Origin: Neodothiora populina
Lineage: Eukaryota
Reading direction: 5' to 3'
DNA length: 64,000 bases
NCBI RefSeq assembly: GCF_041146345.1
Contig: NW_027191404.1
Coordinates: 1,364,001-1,428,000, forward strand
Below, piece after piece: positions 25,219-37,242 of the stretch. Each line of letters opens with the position of its first letter. Within the stretch, counting starts at the first letter, position 1. Below the pieces are notes generated by a model. That model saw only the letters and a list, made by a program, of their open reading frames with translations. It was not told where the DNA came from and made no database searches. Position numbers and translations under genes: made by a program.

Positions 25219-27966
25219 ATGAAGTTCTTCATCGAGTACGTCAAAGTGGTGTCGTAAGAGAGTATCTGAAAACCTAGTTGACGAGTACAGTGGCCTCCCG
25301 GTCCTCTTTCCATATCCTAGGATATATCCAGGTGAGCCTCTCCAGCGTTGTGTTGTATATTGACTTTATGACTGACCATTACATGCAGAACAATATGCGT
25401 GAGTCCACTACAGTCAAGAAAAAGCTCAATATGCCTTAGCCCCGTATCGCTGATTCGGACAATTTAGATACATGTGCGATCTCAAACGTAAGTCAGATCG
25501 GTGGCAATTATGAAGCAACATCAAGTTCACACTGTTTTCAGGCACACTTGATGCCGGAGGTCACTGTGTTCTGGAGATGCCTTCGGGCACTGGCAAGACA
25601 GTCACCCTGCTGGCCCTGATCGTTGCTTACCAGCAACATTATCCGGAACATCGCAAGTTGATCTATTGCTCTCGTACCATGTCAGAGATCGAAAAGGCTC
25701 TGGCCGAGTTGAAGAATCTCATGAACTACCGCACCGATCAGCTTGGATATGAGGAAGACTTCCGTGGACTGGGTCTCACATCGCGAAAGAACCTCTGTTT
25801 GCATCCCTCGGTAAAGCGTGAAAAAAGTGGCTCCGTCGTTGATGCGCGATGTCGATCACTTACTGCCGGCTTCGTCAAGGAGAAGAAAGAGAAAGGCGAG
25901 GACGTCGAACTTTGTGTTTACCATGAGAATCTCGATCTTCTTGAACCCCATAATCTAATACCACCCGGAGTGTGGACGTTAGATGGCATGCTCAAGTACG
26001 GCGAACAACAGAAGCAATGCCCTTATTTCACAGCTCGGCGAATGGTAAGATACCAAGTCGCTTGTTTCTTTTCGCAAGTCAAGAACTGACATGGGCCCAG
26101 ATGTCGTTTTGCAATGTCATCATATACTCCTACCATTATTTACTAGACCCCAAGATCGCAGAGAGAGTATCGAGAGAGCTGTCAAAAGACTGCATAGTCG
26201 TCTTTGATGAAGCGCACAATATCGACAACGTATGCATTGAATCGCTGAGTATCGATCTAACAGAAGAATCATTACGGAAAGCCGGTAGGGGTGCCGCAAA
26301 CCTGGAGCGGAAGATTACCGAAATGAAGTCCACCGACGCCAAAAAACTACAGGACGAGTACTCGAAGCTGGTGCAAGGCCTCCGAGCACAGGACGAAGCA
26401 AACGACGAAGGGGCTTTCATGCGGAATCCTGCCTTGCCCGACGATCTTCTCAAAGAAGCAGTCCCAGGAAATATACGGCGAGCAGAACACTTTGTTGCCT
26501 TTTTGAAACGCTTCATCGAGTATCTCAAGACACGCATGAAAGTACTGCACGTCATCTCAGAAACGCCGCCGTCCTTCCTACAGCATCTCAAGGAGCTCAC
26601 ATTTATCGAGCGGAAACCTCTGCGGTTCTGTGCAGAGCGATTGACATCACTTGTTCGCACGCTCGAGTTGTCAAATATCGAAGACTATCAACCCTTACAA
26701 GAGGTTGCTTCATTCGCCACATTGGCCGCCACATATGACACTGGATTTTTACTCATCCTAGAACCATTCGAATCAGAAACTGCAACAGTACCCAATCCCA
26801 TTCTTCACTTCACCTGTCTTGACGCAGCAATAGCCATCAAGCCGGTCTTTGATCGGTTCAGCTCAGTCATCATCACATCAGGAACGATATCACCTTTAGA
26901 AATGTATCCCAAAATGTTGGGGTTCAACACAGTGGTCCAGGAGTCATACTCGATGACACTAGCGCGACGGTCTTTCTTGCCGATGATTGTGACCCGTGGA
27001 AGCGATCAGGGCAGTATATCCTCCGGGTTCCAGATCCGTAACGATCCCTCAGTAGTCCGAAACTACGGCAACCTCCTGATCGAGTTCTGCAAACTCACGC
27101 CCGACGGAATCGTCGTTTTCTTCCCTTCATATCTCTACATGGAAAGCATCATCTCCATGTGGCAAGGCATGGGCATTCTGGATTCCGTATGGAAAAGCAA
27201 ACTCATCCTCGTCGAAACACCCGACAGTCAAGAGACCTCTCTCGCGCTCGAAACCTACCGCACAGCCTGCAGCAACGGGCGCGGCGCCGTGCTCCTCTGC
27301 GTCGCACGCGGCAAGGTCAGCGAAGGCATAGATTTCGACCACCACTACGGCCGCACCGTGCTGTGCATCGGCGTACCGTTCCAATACACGGAATCGCGCA
27401 TCCTCAAAGCGCGCCTCGAGTTTCTCCGTGAAAACTACCGCATCCGCGAAAACGACTTCTTGTCCTTCGACGCCATGCGCCACGCAGCACAGTGTCTGGG
27501 CCGTGTGCTGCGCGGCAAAGACGACTACGGCATCATGGTTCTCGCGGACCGCCGCTTCGCGCGCAAGCGCACGCAGCTGCCTAAATGGATCAACGCCGCG
27601 CTCATGGAGGGAGATAGCAACATGTCCGTCGACCAGGCCGTGGCCGCCGCCAAGCGCTTTCTCAAGGTCATGAGTAAACCTTTCCCTATAAAACTGCAGG
27701 AGGGCGTCAGTACATGGAGCTACGAGGACTTGATCAAGCATCAGGCGAAACTGGATTCGGAAAGAGACAGAGAAGCGAGGTTGGAAGGCGGGTATGGAGA
27801 TGACGGCGGCGCGAACGGGAACGGTGACGCGCAGCATTATCAGCATGAGATCAGTGGCCAGCAGGTCATGAGGGAGGCTGCGAAGCAGCAGTATAATGAT
27901 AATAGCCACGAAGATGAATTCGGCGGGGGCATTGCTGATGACGATATCATGGAATTGGACGCCTGA
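25219..27966 (+). CDS. RAD3: TFIIH helicase XPD
   Basis: Exons 25219-25235, 25291-25331, 25389-25398, 25468-25487, 25542-26044, 26101-27966. They splice to [49 protein letters not shown]. DEAH, Fe-S cysteines and GKVSEGIDF are present. Confidence 0.97.
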
Positions 27967-28272
27967 AGCGGTGCGGCCCGACTCTTTTTTTCTTGAATTG
28001 GGATCATGAAAAGAAACAGACAAATAAAATCATATGAAACCCGGATGCCTAATTTCCGCATTTTTGATTCTTTTCAGCTATGGTTCTTGCTCTTGTCCCC
28101 CCTCCCTACTGGGCTGTTTTTACCAAGTATGCGCTTGGTAGTGAAGCGGTGGTAACAATGGTGGGATCCCCGTTGTATTCGACATGGTCTATGTACTAGT
28201 CCGAACAAATCCCTGATTCTCCATCTCGGAATGCATGAAAGAAACCAGGCACAGAGATGGGATTGTACAACC

Positions 28273-28307
28273 TGATGTTGTTGATGATGATGATGATAAT
28301 GATGATG
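28273..28307. repeat. Imperfect (GAT)n microsatellite between convergent RAD3 and RPA190
   Basis: tgatgttgttgatgatgatgatgataatgatgatg. Confidence 0.7.
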
Positions 28308-28367
28308 CTAGATGAGATATACATATACAACAAACGCCTTTAGATTATCCATTTTCCCCGGGCTTTT

Positions 28368-31300
28368 TTACTCCTCATCACTGCTCCCCTCCTCAGACTG
28401 TCCATCGCTACTACTCTCATCGCCGGCCATTTCATTCGCGCCGCCGTTGGTACCATCAGTAGTCTCGTTCTCGACAATCAGCTCCCTCAACGGCATCATG
28501 ACATCGAAGCCACCGGTGCCGATACGGCCAGGCTTTCCGACGACGATTCTGCCCGACGGGCCCTTGAGGTCGTCCCAGTCCTCTTCCAGAACCGCGTCTC
28601 GTAAGAAACCGACAGTGGTCTCGAACGACATCTTCATGAACGGCGACACGTTGTTCTTGATGCCCATGCGGGAAAAGGCCTGGTAGCCGCCTCCGCGCGT
28701 CATGTAGTCTGCGATGAGCGACAAGTGGCGCTTGTCGACGCTGATGCCGTGACCGTCGAAGACGGCACTGACTTCGCGCACGATGCTGGCGCGGCAGGCT
28801 TCGACGCCGTACAGGCGCAGCATGGCCGCGATGTCGTTTGTGAAGATGCGGTGCGGGTTCAGCACGTCTTGGAAGTTCCACATTGCGCGCAGGTTCTCGC
28901 CTTCGGTGATGATGATGGGCATCTTGGATTCCGTGCCTGTTGTCGGGTCTTTGTAGTCGTCTTGGATTAGCGTGCAGCCGCCGAGGTTCTGGATGTTTTG
29001 GATCAGGGAGGTGTGGAGACAGTTTTCGACGAGGTGGAGCATGAGGAGCTTGGCTGTTGATGCGTCGTATTCGAAGGTGAAAGTGCACTTTGAGCCGGTC
29101 TTGTCGTCGAAACTGAATGCGGCGATATCTGAAGTGTATTTGTTGGACTTGATGCGCTCCTCGCGTGCTTCTGCGTTGGCGACGGCCTTGGCCTTTTTCT
29201 CGCTCGCGGATTCGCTGTCAGAATCCGAGTCGGAGCCGTCTTGAGAGCCGTAAGTCTCGTCTTCGTTGTCGCCATCCTCGTCGGGGCTGGTTTCGCGACG
29301 ACCGCGGGCGGCGATGTCTTCCTCGTCCTCATCGGGAGCCTCGTAGCCGCTCTGCATTTTGTTGCCCTTGGCCTTGTCGCGAGTGGCATCGTCGTCACCT
29401 TCGTTGTCAGAGTCGTCGTCACCGCCTTCGCGTTCGGCCTCACCACGTCCAGAGTCTTGTTCGATGGTACCAGCGGATTTGCCAATCTCGGGGAGAGCAT
29501 CATCGGGCTTGCGCAGAAGCTTCTGGTCGCCCTTCTTCTTGAGCTCCTTGCGAATGACGGATTGCAGCTTCGGCAAGAACTTGGTCTCGATGGTTCTCAC
29601 AACGTCAGCGACAGTAATGGCGTATTCGGCAGTGTACTCGTCGCTGGGGTACAGGTCAAGTGCGATAGTGTACATCTTGGCCTGGTCGTGCGCGATACCC
29701 TTGCCAAGAGTCTCCGTCACGGTGACCTTGTCCAGGACCTCGGCGAGAGAAAGCTTGCTGATGCCCTTTGCAAAGGTAGCACCGTCGGACTCGTTGATCT
29801 CGGGGTTGAGGTGCAGAGCCATGGTAGGCGTAGCGATCTGCGCAGATGCAGTCATGACAATTTCACGTAGACGGGGGATACCAAGCGTCACGTTCTTTGC
29901 CGCGTGACCAGCCAAATGGAAAGTGTTCAGCGTCATCTGAGTGGAAGGCTCACCCACAGATTGACCAGCAACCACGCCGACGGCTTCGCCGGCCTCGACG
30001 ACCGACTTCAGATATCTCACGTCAATGATAGCCTGGAGGTTCTTCTTCGTCAGGCCTGCGATACCCTGGATCTTGCGCTTCTTGTCAGCCACAAGCTTGT
30101 CTGGGTTATCGTCGAGGTACTTCTTGCTGGCACGCATAAGCTTTTCGGACGTGCTTCCTGCGAACCTGCTGGGTGAGTAGACGGAAAGAGCGGGATCACT
30201 GGCGCCAACATCGCCCGTCTTGCGGTACTTCTTCTCGGCGTCCTTGTTGTACTGGGTGGCCTCGGGCGACATGATCTTGGCGAACTCATCGCGGATTCCG
30301 AGCGAGTTGAACAGGGAAATGTAGTTCTCCGCGATGAACTTGAAGTCGGACAAGTACTTGGCCTTGCCGACATCGAGACCGTCCTCGCCGTAGAGAAACT
30401 GGACGATGGAGCCATCTGCATCGCGCACGGTGGTGTCGTACTCGGCCTTGAGACCCTCCATACCCTTGATCAGACATCTCTGCAGGTAGCCGGATCTCGA
30501 GGTCTTGACAGCGGTATCGATGAGACCTTCTCTGCCAGCCATAGCGTGGAAGTAGTACTCTTGTGGTCGGACACCAGTCAAGAAACGATCGACAATGTAG
30601 CCACCGGCCCTGATAGAGGACTCGAAAGGCTTGAAGCAAGGCAAGGTCTTACCAGAGACCATGACCGGCACTCTGCGACCCTCCAAGACCTGTTGACCGA
30701 GATTGCAAGAAATCTGGTTCGCGTTGACCAACGAACCCTTGGCACCAGAAACAGTCATGGCCTGCATTTGATTCTTGGGGAAGGGCTTGATAAGACCAGC
30801 GGGCAGACAAGCCTTGGTAACTATGGATGAGATTTCTTTGGCGGTGGCACCATTCATGACGGTATCCAGACCAGCCTGTTTCGCGTCCTCGCGGAGCACA
30901 CTCTCGAGACGCTTCTTTAGTTCTGCATTGTCGGAGTTGATCTTGTCGGCTTGCATGGAAACATACTTGGCCGACACTTCGAGACCGATAGTCTGCGCTC
31001 TGGCAAGCTGCTCTCTGCGCATATCCTCACCTTGTTGGGTAAAGACCAAGTCTTCCACACCACAAGAGAAGGCACGCATGTGCAGCATCTTGGTAAGAAG
31101 ACGTCCGAGCACGGAGAGCAGACGGCCGGCCACGGTGTGGCCATAAGCCTCGTAGATGGCGTTGACGACTCCTCCACCGCTGGGACCGATCTGAGCCTTG
31201 TCGAGGATACCGCAAAGCATTTCTCCGTCCTTGAAGATGACGACTTGTTCCTCGGAGTCGCTGCCCCAGTGATCCTTGGCGGTCTGTGACTTGGCCTGGA

Positions 31301-33680
31301 TGGTCAAGCCAGGCATACCGACGGGCGTGAGGTTCTTGAGCACGGTGGAGACAACCTGCTTACCGGTCCACATGGGACGGGGCTTCATGACGGCAGGTGG
31401 GACAGAAAGAAGCCTTCCAGATGTGGTGTGGTTGTTCTCGGGCCTCAGTCCAGCGTAGACGAGCTGTTGATAGTCTTCTCGGGTGAAGAAAGTATCCCTG
31501 TTGGTGAGCCAGACACCCATGGAAATATGATCCTGAATCAGACCTCTCAGAGGCTTGCCAGCAGTGCCGGAGAGATATTGATGGTCAGTGTCTGCGATGC
31601 CGACCGCCTCGGCTCTGGCCAGTTCGTTCTGAGGGAAATGCATGTTCATCTCGTCACCGTCGAAATCGGCGTTGTAGGTGTTGCAATTGGCGTAGTGCAT
31701 GCGAAGAGTACGCTCTCCGGGTAAGACGCGTGCTCTGTGACACATCATGGAAGGCTTGTGGAGGGTGGGTTGTCTGTTCATGATGACAATGTCGCCGTTG
31801 TTGAGATGGCGATGGACCTTTTTGACCTTGGCGCCGTTCATGTTGACGCTGGAGGGAGCTTGCAGCTGGTTAGCCAGAGCAGTGCGCTCCTCTCTGTTCT
31901 TGATCTGCAGGTTGATGACTTGACCATTTTCGTTTTCGATGGCGGCGGCACCGGGCCAGACGTCGGGACCGTTGATGACGGCGGCTCTGAGTTCGTCAAA
32001 GTTGTGATCGTTGACCGGCTCGGGATAGGTGAGCTTGAGGGCGAAGACGGGCGGGACACCAATCTCGTTTGTCTCAATGTTGGGGTCGGGAGAAATGACG
32101 GTGCGGGCGGCGAAGTTGACACGCTTTCCCATCATGTTCTTTCGGAACAGACCTTCCTTCTTCTCCAGACGCTGCTTGATACCATCCTCGTTTCTCTTGC
32201 CAGCGCCGCCCTGGACGGGGTTTCGGTCTCGGTCGAGCAGGGAGTTGACGGCGTCTTGTAAGCGGACCCAAGCGTCTTGGAAATCGGCATAGCTGAGTGC
32301 ACGTCTGCCCGTCTCGGCGACTGTGATGCCATGGAGCTGCTTGTGGATTTGCGCCATGAGGTCGCAAGTGTTCAGGATGTTTTTATAGAGTGAGTTCTCC
32401 TGGGCTTCGGCGATCTCGTCGGCTCCGGTCCTGGCCTCGGGACGGTATCTGTTGGGAGGAACAATGAGGTCCTTGATGAAGAACATGTCGGCGCTCAGGG
32501 GGTGAGCCTCGTCGTGACTTTGAGCGGGGGCTGTACACAAGACTGAGGATGTCGGTCTCTTGCTCGAAGAGCTGGATCAGGGCTGCGTGGACCTGTCCGG
32601 CGTTCAGGTAGCCCAGATCCGAGCCGGACTTCTTGCCAGACTTTGCTCTGATCGTACTGGCCTCATCGACGGCGTTTCCACCAGCGACTTCGTGCTCGAT
32701 GTCGAGCATCTCAATGTCGTCGCCCTCACCCTCGGATTCGGCGGGAGAATCCTCCATGTCGGCGATGCCCTCGTCTTGCTTCAAGCCCTCCTTTCTCGCA
32801 GCGGCCATCTCGATGTCTCTTCTCTTCTTGAGCAGGACCAGGGGATCCTGAGCCTTGAAGCCACCCTGGATCATGGCGAGCTTGTCCTTTTCGCTCAGCG
32901 GTTTCTTGAAGATCTTGACGAAGCGGTCTTTTCTGTAGCTGGGCGAAATGCCACCGCAGTTTCCGCACTTCTTGCCTTTGGTGATGCTGTAGAGAAACTC
33001 CTTGATGATGGCCCTTCTCTCGTTGGCGACGGCCTCGATCTTGGCATCCTCCCAGTCGCCTCTCTTTCTGCTGAAGCCGGCCTGCTTGATGGCGTTCCTG
33101 ACGAAGGCGTTTCTGCGCGAGATGATGTCCTTGGTGTCATTGTCCTGCTCGGAGTCCGAATCGTTGTTCTTGGCCTTGGCGGCGACGTCTTTGGACATGG
33201 GGGCGACGTGGATGTCGTCGATGTCGTAGCACTCTTTCAGCAGGCCGTACTTGACGAGGGTGAGCTTGCAGATGAATCGGTTGACTTCGGCGCGCGACAT
33301 CTTGAGCTTGTGACAGTAGACACACTTGGATCGGAGGAGGCGGAGGCATTGGTCCATGAAGGTGGGGTTGTAGACGTGGACGGGGAGCTCGAGGTGACCA
33401 CAGTGGCCGGGACAGCCAAACTTGAGGTTGCAGGTGGAGCATCTGCGACGGGGGTCAGTAGAGCTCAAGGCAAGCAGTTCTGTGACGAGACCACTCACGC
33501 ATTGTCGCCGAACTGGCCGAGCGCAGCATCGTAGAGACCGCCAGGCACGGGGTTCAAGAGGGTGTCGAAGGTGGTGGGGTTGGTGATTCTCTTGACGGAC
33601 AAAGCCTTGATCTCCTCTGACGAGAGAAAGCCGAACTCGACACTGGCAATGCCAGACGAGACGGGGAGAGAAGAGTTCAT
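28368..33680 (-). CDS. RPA190: RNA polymerase I largest subunit; apparent +1 frameshift near 32500
   Basis: Exon 1 is 33680-33499, followed by intron 33498-33443. Zn site CSTCNLKFGCPGHCGH, then GLFRKNMMGKRVN, active site YNADFDGDEMN, and TQMTLNTFHLAG. The reading frame changes between ILSLVY and SADMFF. Confidence 0.95.
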
Positions 33681-33864
33681 TGTGAGCAAAATGAGCGACG
33701 TCAAGCAACGGTTCACAGCTTGTCGAGCCGCCGTGGAAGGGAAGGATGGCGACGAGCCAGAAAGGTGATGAGATGATAGAAACAAGAATAAATCATCTCC
33801 GGCCAGAAACTTTTCCGACTTCTTGCCTTGTTTCGTTCTTTCGTTCTTTCCTTCTCCAGACTTT

Positions 33865-33877
33865 ACCCTAGCCCTAA
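33865..33877. promoter_or_regulatory. Tandem ACCCTA-GCCCTAA (TTAGGGCTAGGGT) telobox/Tbf1-like element in the RPA190-PRP3 divergent promoter
   Basis: Seen directly. It resembles TTAGGGCTA/Homol-E-type elements of fungal ribosome-biogenesis promoters. A TGACTCA (Gcn4/Cpc1 consensus) lies at 33927-33933. Confidence 0.35.
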
Positions 33878-34329
33878 CAGCTCGGCCGGTGGAACCGGCA
33901 GGCAACACTCCAGGGCTGACATTTCTTGACTCAATTTACTGTACCTGTAATTACCTTTGTAATAATCACAACACAAGAAACAAAAGAACAATCGGAAACC
34001 GGTGAATCTGATCCGCCGAGCCTCCGACACTTACAAGTGACTGCACTGGTAGATTGGGAGAATGATTGATGATTGTTTGAGGCTACAAAAGACAAAGGTG
34101 TATACCATCCAAGCTAAGATACCTTACCTTACACAACACCTCACTGTCTGTCTGTCTGTCTCCAGGTCAGACTTTCACGTGACAAACACAATAAACTCAT
34201 CTCCGGGGTTTCAGTCAAGAGGGAACTGGACTATATATCCTGCCAAACGACCAGCACTGCTCCATATGAGATAATCACACAACTACCATAATCTCTGCCA
34301 GTGCACCTGCTGCTGCACCCTGTCCCACC

Positions 34330-36363
34330 ATGACCGGAGAGAAGCGACCCTTCCCCGACGATGGACTTGCCCACGACGACACGAAGCGCGTGCGCTCCAA
34401 CAACCCATCGCCTGTCCCTCCAGCCAACGATGACATTGAAAGAAAGAAGCGAGAGGCTGCCGAGCGCATCGCCGCCATCAAGGCCAAAATGGCCAACGCC
34501 ACGGGACAGGGACAGTCTCCAAAAGTGAACGCTCCTTCTCCTTCGCCAGTCACTGCTGCAAGGTCAGCTGCTCAATCAGCCGCCGATCGCATTGCTGCCA
34601 TGAAGGCCAGAATGTCCAACGGCCCAGGACAATCAGCATCAGCAGCAGTAGCGACTGCGCCTGCTCCATCATCATCATCATCATCATCATCTTCTTCTGC
34701 AGCAACGTCAGGTGCTATCTCGGCCGCAGAACGTATTGCTGCCATGAAGGCGAGGATAAACGGCCAAGCGGCGCCCGCACCAGCTGCACCAGCACAGGCC
34801 GCCTCCCTGCCCTCTTCGTCTGCGCCAGACAACAACAAGCAAGCAGAGATCCAGGCTCGACTTCTTGCTATGAGATCCAGGCTCCAAGCCCCCGCCGCCA
34901 GTCCTTCGCCGCCTCCACCCTCGGACATCAATGAGCGCATGGCCGCCGCCAAGGCCAAAGCCCTCGAAATCTCCCAGCAGCGAAGAGGCCCCGCGCCTTT
35001 GCCTCCCGTCAGAGAAGATTCTATTCTCAAATCAAGAGGTGGTCTGAATGTCGGCATACATCCGTCTCTGCTTCAGCAACACGATCAAGGCCCCAGCCGA
35101 GGCCCGCAGAAGGGCAAGAGAGGACAGGAAAACAGACAGAAATCGAATCCCTACTTGGACGATGCCACCAACCCCGCCGAGGTCGGCGCCGCTCGAAAAG
35201 CCGATCCTTCCTACGATGCCAGCCTGACAACCTCGACCACTGCCGGAAAGACTCGCAAGTCACGACAGCTGCTGTTCAACCAGAAGGGTAAATTCATCGC
35301 CCAGGCCAATGCTTTGCGCCAGCAGGAAAAGCTCGAGGAGATGCGCCTGCGCATGCAAGAGGAGTCGAGAAAGAAGGCTATCGAAGAAGCGACGGAAAAA
35401 TCCTACCTCGTCCCGGCTCCCCCTGAGGTCGAGTGGTGGGATGAAGCTCTACTTGCCGAGCCCAACTACGACACTTTGGATGTCAACAACGCCGCCACAC
35501 TCAAGTTCGATGTCGTCACTCCCTACGTACAGCACCCCGTCTTGCTTGCCGCCCCTCAAGAGTCCCGCATGCCCGCTGCCAAGCCCATGTTCCTCACAAA
35601 GGAAGAGCAGAAGAAAGTGCGCCGTCAACGTCGCATGGCCAATCACAAGGAAGAGCAAGCCAAGATCCGTCTCGGTCTCAGGGCACCCCCACCACCAAAA
35701 GTCAAGAAATCAAATCTCATGCGTGTGCTGGGGCAAGAAGCTGTCAAGGACCCCACTGCAGTCGAGGCTCGCGTGAATCGAGAGATCGCCCAGCGCGCCG
35801 CAGATCACGAAGCCACCAACGATGAACGAGCCCTCACCAAAGAACAGCGCCACGAGAAACTTGCCCAGCAGCAAGAGGCAGATGCCGCAAAGGGCGTCTA
35901 TGTTTGCGTCTTCCGCATCGATAACCTCAGCTATGGCAAACATCGCTTCCAGGTTTCCAAGAATGCCGAACAGAACAATCTCACCGGCATGACCATCTTC
36001 AACCCGAAGCTTAACCTTGTCATTGTTGAAGGCGGAGCTCACTCGATCAATGCTTACAAGAAACTAATGCTCAACCGTATCCGCTGGACGGAGAATGCCA
36101 TGCCCACCTCTGTGCGCGAAGGCAACAAAGAGGCCGAGGCCGAATTCTTGAGGGCTACGGACGAGAGGGGCGTACTGAAGGACTTGGGTGGCAACAGATG
36201 TCAACTGGTGTTTGAGGGTGAGGAGAGGGAAAAGATGTTCAAGAGATGGTTCCCGTACCGTGTCTGTGAGACTGACGGAGAGGCCAAGGACATGTTGAGC
36301 CGGTACAAGATGGAAAACATGTGGACACTCGCACAGAGTATGGAGGGAGACGCATTTGCCTGA
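34330..36363 (+). CDS. PRP3: U4/U6 snRNP protein Prp3
   Basis: Intronless 677 aa. Motifs FNQKGKFI, PEVEWWD, YVQHP, KIRLGLRAPPPPKVKKSNLMRVL, AVKDPTAVEARV, and a C-terminal domain with LVIVEGG. Confidence 0.95.
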   Translation: MTGEKRPFPDDGLAHDDTKRVRSNNPSPVPPANDDIERKKREAAERIAAIKAKMANATGQGQSPKVNAPSPSPVTAARSAAQSAADRIAAMKARMSNGPGQSASAAVATAPAPSSSSSSSSSSAATSGAISAAERIAAMKARINGQAAPAPAAPAQAASLPSSSAPDNNKQAEIQARLLAMRSRLQAPAASPSPPPPSDINERMAAAKAKALEISQQRRGPAPLPPVREDSILKSRGGLNVGIHPSLLQQHDQGPSRGPQKGKRGQENRQKSNPYLDDATNPAEVGAARKADPSYDASLTTSTTAGKTRKSRQLLFNQKGKFIAQANALRQQEKLEEMRLRMQEESRKKAIEEATEKSYLVPAPPEVEWWDEALLAEPNYDTLDVNNAATLKFDVVTPYVQHPVLLAAPQESRMPAAKPMFLTKEEQKKVRRQRRMANHKEEQAKIRLGLRAPPPPKVKKSNLMRVLGQEAVKDPTAVEARVNREIAQRAADHEATNDERALTKEQRHEKLAQQQEADAAKGVYVCVFRIDNLSYGKHRFQVSKNAEQNNLTGMTIFNPKLNLVIVEGGAHSINAYKKLMLNRIRWTENAMPTSVREGNKEAEAEFLRATDERGVLKDLGGNRCQLVFEGEEREKMFKRWFPYRVCETDGEAKDMLSRYKMENMWTLAQSMEGDAFA

Positions 36364-37242
36364 TCACACTGTATATACCCCACCCCCTTGGCAGCAGCAA
36401 CAGGTCAATCGAGCAGATCCATGGTCAACAATGATAAGTCATGACGCTTAGGTCCTGCTGAAGCTCGGTATAGAGCTATCCTCGCTTTTTCCTAGAGGTT
36501 GTCTCAGACTTGATGATCACGGGTAGGGTTGAGATCTATACTTTCGAAACGCGACAGCATGGACGCCCGCCCTCGGTTGCTCATCCGAGCTGCGCAGCTG
36601 TTTCATCCCTTGTCGAAGCTCGACGCTCAGAAGCGCCCTCGCCTTCGCCTTCGCCTTCGCGGAACAAGCGAGGCTTGGCGGGCTGAACGTTGAAGCAGCA
36701 GCAGAAGTTGTGTTTCTCCAAGTCATGTTCCACTTGATCTTCAAGTCGTCTTGATGCTGAATGTATAGATCAGTATGTAGGCAACATGAAACATTTTCTA
36801 GAACAAAAAATCCAGGTGCATTCATGACAGTGATGGTGACACAACGTCGGGAGATCCGGATCTATCCACTCCCTAAGCATCTCGACATCAATCTATACGC
36901 GACCAGAGCGCCCGGACTAGTCCTCTTCCATGCGGGGCACTCGTCCCCCTTCGTCTCACATATGCTCTGGACTATAGGACCATTGAGGTCCTTCATCTCG
37001 TATCACTGCATGGCGGCGATGAATGCTAAAGCATCGTCCCTTCCAGATGATATATATCCTTCGCTGCCTCTCGTGCAAAGGTAGGTGTTGTTTTCCCAGT
37101 CACATATTGCCCCAGTCCACGGTACTGATCCCTTTTCACTCCTTTTTCTTTCTCTATACAGCGAGTTGATCTTGCATTCCATTCATTCATTCATAACAAA
37201 CCCTGGTCGATTCAGAAAGCCGGAACGCTTTAGCAGAAAAAA

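Noticed and set aside
32560..33534. 324-aa plus-strand ORF, and many similar ORFs antisense to RPA190, GCN1, RAD3, RPS31 and GH131
   Set aside because: These are shadows of strong C/G-ending codon bias on the coding strand.
36932..36937. CreA-type SYGGRG site upstream of GH131
   Set aside because: Plausible biologically, but a degenerate hexamer is too common to support without conservation data.
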